Positions 27,833-41,428 of a DNA stretch of 41,428 nt are shown piece by piece. Origin of the DNA: Acidithiobacillales bacterium. GTDB taxonomy: Bacteria; Acidobacteriota; Thermoanaerobaculia; UBA5066. The notes under the pieces were generated by a model that saw only the letters and a program-made list of their open reading frames with translations, was not told the DNA's origin and searched no databases. Both the position numbers and the translations under genes were made by a program. The DNA is taken from contig JBLMYG010000151.1 of the NCBI GenBank assembly GCA_050258155.1, positions 1 through 41,428 of the forward strand, written 5' to 3'. Positions within the stretch are counted from its first letter, which is position 1; each line of letters opens with the position of its first letter.

Positions 27833-28365
27833 ACCGCGCCGAGAAGGCCGCCGCCGTCGAAGATCTGGCCGAGACGATGGCCGGGGCGCCTCACGCCTTC
27901 CTCATCGACTACACCGGCATCACGGTTCCGGCCGTCACCGACCTTCGCCGCCAGATCCGGGGCGCCAGGTCGGAGTACCTCGTCGTGAAGAACACCCTCG
28001 CGCTCCGCGCCGTCAAGGGGCGGCCTCTCGAGGCCTTGTCGTCGCACTTCTCGGGGATGACGGCCGTGGCTTACAGCCGGTCCGACGTCGTCGCCCTCGC
28101 CAAGGTGCTCCACACCTTCGGAAAGACGAACCCCCACGTCAGAGTGAAGGCGGCCCTGCTCGATGGCAAGGTGGTGCCCGCGTCGTCGCTCGAGGCGCTC
28201 GCTACGCTGCCGACGCGGCCCGAGCTGATCGCGAGGCTCCTCGGCTTGATGCAGTCGCCGGTCCGCCGGCTCGTCACCGTCCTCTCCGCCCCCCACCGCA
28301 ACCTCGCCGCGACCGTCGCGGCGATCGCGAAGACAAAGTCGCAGCCGAACGAACAGACGGCCTGA
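27829..28365 (+). CDS. rplJ: 50S ribosomal protein L10
   Basis: [44 protein letters not shown]...[11 protein letters not shown]. The ATG overlaps the rplA stop (ATGA). Confidence 0.93.
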   Translation: MNRAEKAAAVEDLAETMAGAPHAFLIDYTGITVPAVTDLRRQIRGARSEYLVVKNTLALRAVKGRPLEALSSHFSGMTAVAYSRSDVVALAKVLHTFGKTNPHVRVKAALLDGKVVPASSLEALATLPTRPELIARLLGLMQSPVRRLVTVLSAPHRNLAATVAAIAKTKSQPNEQTA

Positions 28366-28392
28366 CGGCCGAAGATTGAGGAGTAACGAACC

Positions 28393-28731
28393 ATGGCTCT
28401 CACCGTCGAAACCTTCGTCAAGGAAATCGAATCGATGTCCGTCCTCGAGCTGAACAACCTCGTCAAGGCGCTCGAGGAGAAGTTCGGCGTCTCGGCCGCC
28501 ATGATGGCCGCCGAGGAGCAGACCGAGTTCACGGTCGTGCTCAAGGAGACCGGACCGAACAAGATCAACGTCATCAAGCTCGTCCGCGAGGTGAACTCCT
28601 CCCTCGGCCTCAAGGAGGCCAAGGACCTCGTGGAGAGCCTCGGCACGATCAAGGAGGGGGTCTCCAAGGACGAGGCCGCCACGATCAGGAAGAAGTTCGA
28701 GGACGCCGGGGCCAAAGTCGAGGTCAAGTAG
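28393..28731 (+). CDS. rplL: 50S ribosomal protein L7/L12
   Basis: [45 protein letters not shown], and [11 protein letters not shown]. 112 aa, with an unusually short hinge. Confidence 0.95.
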   Translation: MALTVETFVKEIESMSVLELNNLVKALEEKFGVSAAMMAAEEQTEFTVVLKETGPNKINVIKLVREVNSSLGLKEAKDLVESLGTIKEGVSKDEAATIRKKFEDAGAKVEVK

Positions 28732-28829
28732 CTCGTTGGGATCGCCCAGATTCGATTTCGTTCCTTTTCAGTCATTTCTCGTGAGAGAGGGCTAGGGGGG
28801 AGCGGGAGGTGCGAACCCGGCCCAACCCG

Positions 28830-28889
28830 GTGATCGGAGGAGCCACGCACCCCCCGATCACTGACAGCCACGCGACAGCTCACGTGAGC
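28830..28889 (+). other. Structured elements in the 209 nt rplL-rpoB spacer (hairpin plus 12 bp palindrome)
   Basis: GTGATCGG (28830-28837) pairs with CCGATCAC (28854-28861) around a 16 nt loop. GCTCACGTGAGC at 28878-28889 is a perfect palindrome. No T-tract, and function unknown. Confidence 0.3.
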
Positions 28890-28940
28890 CTCCAGCCGTC
28901 CTCGAAGGCGAGACGCCTTGAAAGGCAGTAAGGAACCTCA

Positions 28941-33215
<4,275 letters not shown>

Positions 33216-33230
33216 GGAGAGACCCACCCG

Positions 33231-37454
<4,224 letters not shown>

Positions 37455-37461
37455 CCGCTCC

Positions 37462-37881
37462 TCACATCGGCGTCATCGAGCCGCTGACCATCCAGGGCGT
37501 GCCGAACCGGTCGACGAGCATGCCGAACGCCTCGGCCCAGAACGTCTTCTGCAGGGGCATCGTCACTTTGCCGCCGTCTGCCAGAGCTTCGAAGAGCCGC
37601 TTCGCCTCGGCGGCGGTGGGGCAGATCAAGGAGAGTGAGAACCCCTTCATTCCTCCGGCGGGCTGGCCGAGCGGGGCGTCCGAGCCCATCAGGATCCTGT
37701 CGCCGAGGGCGAGACGCGCGTGCATGATCCGGTCGGCACTTTCGGGCGGCATCTGCGCGGCGAGGGGGGACTGGGCGTGCGTCATAAGCATCTCGAGCTT
37801 CCCTCCCAGTGTTCGCTCGTAGAAGCGCATCGCGTCCGCGCAGTTCCCGTCGAAGACCAGATACGCGTCGAGCTGAGGCAT
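37462..37881 (-). CDS. VOC-family (glyoxalase/PhnB-like) protein
   Basis: 139 aa. YLVFDGNCADAMRFYERTLGGKL, and TMPLQKTFWAEAFGMLVDRFGTPWMV, typical of PhnB/YjdN-like VOC proteins (from memory). Confidence 0.75.
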   Translation of the reverse strand: MPQLDAYLVFDGNCADAMRFYERTLGGKLEMLMTHAQSPLAAQMPPESADRIMHARLALGDRILMGSDAPLGQPAGGMKGFSLSLICPTAAEAKRLFEALADGGKVTMPLQKTFWAEAFGMLVDRFGTPWMVSGSMTPM

Positions 37882-38015
37882 GGTCCCTCCTCCTGTGTCT
37901 TCAGTGAAGTCTTCGGATCAGAACGTCATCGTGGCGGGAAATGTCAAATGTTCCATCGGGCAGTTCACCGCGACGACGCGTGCAAGATACGCGCCGAATC
38001 GGTTTTTCGTAGCAT

Positions 38016-41000
38016 GTGACCGTGGTTCGCTGGCCCGCGACACCGCCGGCAGTGATTCTCCTCGGCCTCGTTCTCGCCTTGCCGGCGAGGGCCGAGCGGC
38101 TCCCGGTGGAGCGGCATGGCGTGGCGGAGGGGCTGGCCGAGGAGACGGTCACGGCCCTTCTTCGCGACGCGCGGGGCTATCTCTGGGTCGGCTCGCTCAA
38201 CGGCCTCTCGCGCTTCGACGGAGAGCGCTTCAAGGTCTACGGCCTCGCGGACGGCCTTCCGAAGCTGCGGGTCTTCGCCCTTGCCGAAGGGCGCGACGGG
38301 ACCCTCTGGGTTGCCACGGGGGGCGGCCTCGTCCGTCTCGATCCCGCGCAGTCCGCGTCGCGCCCGGTTTTCCGTCCGGCGGGCGTCCCGGCGGCGGCCG
38401 GCCGGGCGGTGGAGCAGGTCTTCGTCGATCGTGCCGGGGAGGTCTGGTTCGGCAGCGGAGGGGAGCTTTTCCGGATTGATCGAGGCGTGGCGCTCCCGGC
38501 AGGCCTCGCAAGTGCCGAGCCCAAAGGCGCCGTCGTCCGGTCGATGCGGGAAGAGGCGGACGGCACGATCTGGATCGCCACCTCGCGCGGGCTCTTTCGG
38601 CGGGCCCGCGGCGGTCCGGTGGTGCGCTTCCCCCTGGGCGGCACGGCCGGAGGGGCGGACGTTCGCGGCCTCCTCGTCGATCGTGCGGGCCGGCTCTGGG
38701 TGACGACGCCGGAGACGGTCTTCGTCCTCCCGCCAGGCGCGAAGGATGCCCCGGGAGCTCAAGAGCGGGCGCTGGTCGACGCCGCGGGCCACGTCCATCT
38801 CCCCCTGGCCGGTGGCGGGACCGCCGTTCTCAGGGAGGTGCCGGGTGCACGCCGCGGCCTCTGGCAGAAGCCGCTCGAGACGGCGGACGGCCGGATCGTT
38901 CTCTCTTCGACGTCGGGTCTCGTCGTTCTCGACGGCGGGCGAGCCACCGCGTACGGCAGGCGCCAGGGCCTCGGGGGCGGCCTCCTCGGCGAGCTCCTGG
39001 AGGACACGGACGGAAACCTCTGGATCGGCACGCAGAGCACGGGTCTTCTCCGGCTCTCGCCGGCGGGATTCACCAGCTTCAGCGAGGAGGACGGCCTCTC
39101 GGACCCCCGGATCGCCTCGCTCTTTTCCGACGAAGAAGGACACGTCTGTGCAGCCTCGGCGGGGAACGCGAGCCTGTACCTTTTCGACGGCCAGAGGTTT
39201 CGGGACGTCCGTTTCCGGGCCGGGGCGCCCGCGCCGAGCCGTCTTCTCTGGGGCCGGTCGGTCCTTCGAGACCGGTCGGGGGAGTGGTGGGTCGCCACGC
39301 CTCACGGCCTCGCGCGCTACGGGACGATCCCCTTCACCGCACTCGCGCGAGCTGCGCCGAGAGCGGTCTATACGGCGCGGGACGGGCTGGGAGGAAGCGA
39401 GGTCTCCGCCCTCTATCAGGACTCTGAAGGCACTCTCTGGGCCGGTGTCTACGCCCCGGAATCTCCGCTCGCGCGGTTCGACCGGGCGTCCGGGCGCTTC
39501 GAATCGTTCGGCGCGAGGGACGGCCTCCCGACCACGGCGCCTCTCGCGTTCCTCGAAAACGGGAGAGACCTCTGGATCGCCTGTGGCGCCGGCGGAATCG
39601 TCCGGCGGCGCAGCGGCCGTTTCACGCACCTCGGCCCGGCGGAGGGGGTTCCGGACGGCTTTGCCCACGACCTGCTCCTCGATCGCTCGGGGCGCCTCTG
39701 GATCGCCAACGGAGGGGGCGGAGCGCTCCGGCTCGACACGCCGGCCGGAGATCGCGTCTCGGCGGCGAGCTTCACGACGTCGGAGGGACCGGCGACGGGG
39801 AGCGTTTACGCGCTTGCGGAGGATCGTGAGGGCTTCGTCTACTTCGGCACGGCGCGGGGCGTGGATCGCCTCGACCCGAAGAGCGGCCGGTTTCGCCACT
39901 TCACGACCGCCGACGGCCTCGCGAACAACGTCGTCACGTCGGCCTTGCGCGACGGGTCCGGCGCTCTCTGGTTCGGGACGCCCGAGGGGATCTCCCGCCT
40001 CGTCCCGGCGCCGGCGGCACCCGTGCCGGCGCCCCGCGTGGTCATCACGTCCGTCGGCGTGAACGGGAACCCCCGGCCGGTGCCCGAGCTCGGCGCGGCC
40101 TCGCTCCCCGAGATCGTCCTCGCCCCCGGAGAGACCCGCCTCCGGATCGACTTCGCGGCGCCCTCCTTCACGCCGGGCCAGCGGGTCCGCTTCCAGACGC
40201 AGCTCGAAGGGGTCGACAGCGGCTGGAGCTCGCCGACCGCCGAGCCGACCGTCCGTTTCGTCGGGCTCGCCCCGGGAAGCTACAGGTTCGTGGTCCGCAC
40301 GGCGGGAGGCGAAGCGGAGCCCGGCGACGCGGCAGCCGTTCGCATCCTCGTTCAGCCTCCGCTCTGGCGTCGTGCAGGGTTCCTTCTCGGTGCCGGCGCC
40401 GCCGTGGGGCTCGCAGCGCTCCTCGTCCACCGGCAGGGCGTCCGGCGCGCCGTGGCCGTCGAGCGGGTCCGGACCCGCCTCGCCACCGACCTTCACGACG
40501 ACGTCGGCTCGAGCCTCGCGCGGATCTCGATCCTCTCGGAAGTGGGGCACCGCGCCGTGCCGGAGGGGAGCGAGGCGGCCCGCCTCTTCGAGGAGGTCGG
40601 GGAGACGTCGCGGGGCGTCATCGACGCTCTGGGCGACGCCATCTGGTCGATCGATCCGCGGCGGGACGATCTCCAGAGCCTGGGGGACCGCCTCCGCCTC
40701 TTCGCCGTCGACCTCCTCGAAGGGCGGGGCATCGCCTTCCGTCTGACCCTTCCGGAGAATTCCTCGACGATCGAGCTCGCCTCCGAGACGAGGCGGCATC
40801 TCTTCCTTCTCCTGAAGGAGGCCGTCACGAACGCCGCCCGCCATTCGCGCGCCACGACCGTGGAGATCGCGATCCGGACGACGGGCCGGGCTCTGGACGT
40901 CGAGGTGCGGGACGACGGGGCCGGCTTCCGGCCCTCGGGAGACGGGGGCACCTCGGAGGGTCGGGGGCTGTCCAACATGGCCGAGCGGGCGGCGGCGCTC

Positions 41001-41099
41001 GGCGGGAAGATCGATGTCCGATCGGATGCCGGCCGCGGAACGCGGATCGCTGTTGCCGGGGTGGCGCTCCCCCGGCGGGCGCGCCGTTCCCCGGCATGA
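38016..41099 (+). CDS. Sensor histidine kinase with periplasmic two-component-regulator propeller repeats and Y_Y_Y domain (HisKA_3/NarX-type core)
   Basis: Signal peptide ILLGLVLALPARA. Many repeats of the type G.LWVGT..GLSRFD. An Ig-like Y_Y_Y region (SYRFVVRTAG). TM AGFLLGAGAAVGLAALLV. H-box RTRLATDLHDDVGSSL. ATPase motifs EVRDDGAGF and GRGLSNMAERAAALGG. Confidence 0.9.
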   Translation: MTVVRWPATPPAVILLGLVLALPARAERLPVERHGVAEGLAEETVTALLRDARGYLWVGSLNGLSRFDGERFKVYGLADGLPKLRVFALAEGRDGTLWVATGGGLVRLDPAQSASRPVFRPAGVPAAAGRAVEQVFVDRAGEVWFGSGGELFRIDRGVALPAGLASAEPKGAVVRSMREEADGTIWIATSRGLFRRARGGPVVRFPLGGTAGGADVRGLLVDRAGRLWVTTPETVFVLPPGAKDAPGAQERALVDAAGHVHLPLAGGGTAVLREVPGARRGLWQKPLETADGRIVLSSTSGLVVLDGGRATAYGRRQGLGGGLLGELLEDTDGNLWIGTQSTGLLRLSPAGFTSFSEEDGLSDPRIASLFSDEEGHVCAASAGNASLYLFDGQRFRDVRFRAGAPAPSRLLWGRSVLRDRSGEWWVATPHGLARYGTIPFTALARAAPRAVYTARDGLGGSEVSALYQDSEGTLWAGVYAPESPLARFDRASGRFESFGARDGLPTTAPLAFLENGRDLWIACGAGGIVRRRSGRFTHLGPAEGVPDGFAHDLLLDRSGRLWIANGGGGALRLDTPAGDRVSAASFTTSEGPATGSVYALAEDREGFVYFGTARGVDRLDPKSGRFRHFTTADGLANNVVTSALRDGSGALWFGTPEGISRLVPAPAAPVPAPRVVITSVGVNGNPRPVPELGAASLPEIVLAPGETRLRIDFAAPSFTPGQRVRFQTQLEGVDSGWSSPTAEPTVRFVGLAPGSYRFVVRTAGGEAEPGDAAAVRILVQPPLWRRAGFLLGAGAAVGLAALLVHRQGVRRAVAVERVRTRLATDLHDDVGSSLARISILSEVGHRAVPEGSEAARLFEEVGETSRGVIDALGDAIWSIDPRRDDLQSLGDRLRLFAVDLLEGRGIAFRLTLPENSSTIELASETRRHLFLLLKEAVTNAARHSRATTVEIAIRTTGRALDVEVRDDGAGFRPSGDGGTSEGRGLSNMAERAAALGGKIDVRSDAGRGTRIAVAGVALPRRARRSPA

Positions 41100-41145
41100 T
41101 CATGCTCTGCCGTGACAGGTCGCCCGGCCCCAAACTTGCGTGGGC

Positions 41146-41428
41146 ATGAGCATGGGGCCGATCCGGGTGGGTGTCGTTGAGGACGATCCGGGCCTCAGGG
41201 AGAGCCTCCGTCTCCTGATCGGCGGGACGCGCGGCTTTTCGTGTGCCGACACGTGGGGCTCGGCCGAGGAGGCGCTCTCGCGCCTGCGGGCCGAGCCGGC
41301 TGCGATACCGGAGGTCATCCTGATGGACATTCATCTCCCGGGTCTCCCGGGTTCGGAGGCCGTCCGGATCGTCCGCGACGAGTTCCCGGGCGTCGCGGTC
41401 CTCATGCTGAGCGTCTACGAAGGGGAGG
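41146..41428 (+). CDS. Response regulator receiver domain (probably NarL/LuxR family), 3-prime end outside the window
   Basis: Hand translation from ATG 41146: MSMGPIRVGVVEDDPGLRESLRLLIGGTRGFSCADTWGSAEEALSRL...EVILMDIHLPGLPGSEAVRIVRDEFPGVAVLMLSVYEGE. The acidic pair and phospho-acceptor D (LMDIHLPG) are present. It follows a HisKA_3 kinase. Confidence 0.85.
   Translation, partial: MSMGPIRVGVVEDDPGLRESLRLLIGGTRGFSCADTWGSAEEALSRLRAEPAAIPEVILMDIHLPGLPGSEAVRIVRDEFPGVAVLMLSVYEGE

Noticed and set aside
37965-40844. A 959 aa minus-strand ORF, and several + strand alternative-frame ORFs, across the sensor kinase gene.
   Set aside because: The + strand frame 38016..41099 shows repeated propeller motifs plus complete H-box and ATPase motifs. 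The others have no motifs and a biased composition.
41100-41334. Minus-strand ORFs 41100..41330 and 40825..41334 at the right edge.
   Set aside because: From 41146 the + strand encodes a textbook receiver domain directly downstream of its kinase. The minus-strand translations are low complexity.

Overview
Very GC-rich bacterial chromosome segment; third codon positions are almost always G/C, so every frame carries long spurious ORFs. It is mostly core housekeeping DNA. Left third (mixed strands): a GT-C-like membrane protein, tyrS-tyrA, an orphan pilT, a DUF2142-like membrane protein, udk, a TPR protein, a GYF-TM2 protein, a radical SAM protein, an HpcH-type aldolase, a cysteine desulfurase, long-form thyX, a CAP-domain lipoprotein, and eno-ftsB. 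Centre and right (+ strand): rplM-rpsI-rpsB-tsf-pyrH-frr-ispD-ispF-rlmB, then a five-tRNA array (Thr-Tyr-Thr-Gly, rpmG, Trp), then secE-nusG-rplKAJL-rpoB-rpoC. The window ends with a VOC-family gene, a propeller-type sensor histidine kinase and the start of its response regulator. I found no convincing novel multi-gene system. The non-routine items are: (1) a Bcp/PrxQ peroxiredoxin whose peroxidatic Cys codon is an in-frame TGA followed by a hairpin, a candidate selenoprotein; (2) a roughly 1.46 kb lower-GC insertion sequence with about 52 bp imperfect inverted repeats, sitting in the divergent control region between that gene and rplM; (3) a roughly 60 aa CxxC...CxxC (zinc-ribbon-like) insertion near the N-terminus of RpoB; (4) smaller operon oddities: no tuf in the tRNA/rpmG/secE cluster, rplA-rplJ overlap leaving no L10 leader spacer, and a hairpin sequestering the tRNA-Tyr 3-prime end. 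All calls rest on reading translations and motifs by eye; no database search was possible. The gene order and insert-bearing RpoB/RpoC fit a Gram-negative-type lineage such as Acidobacteriota, but that is only a guess.
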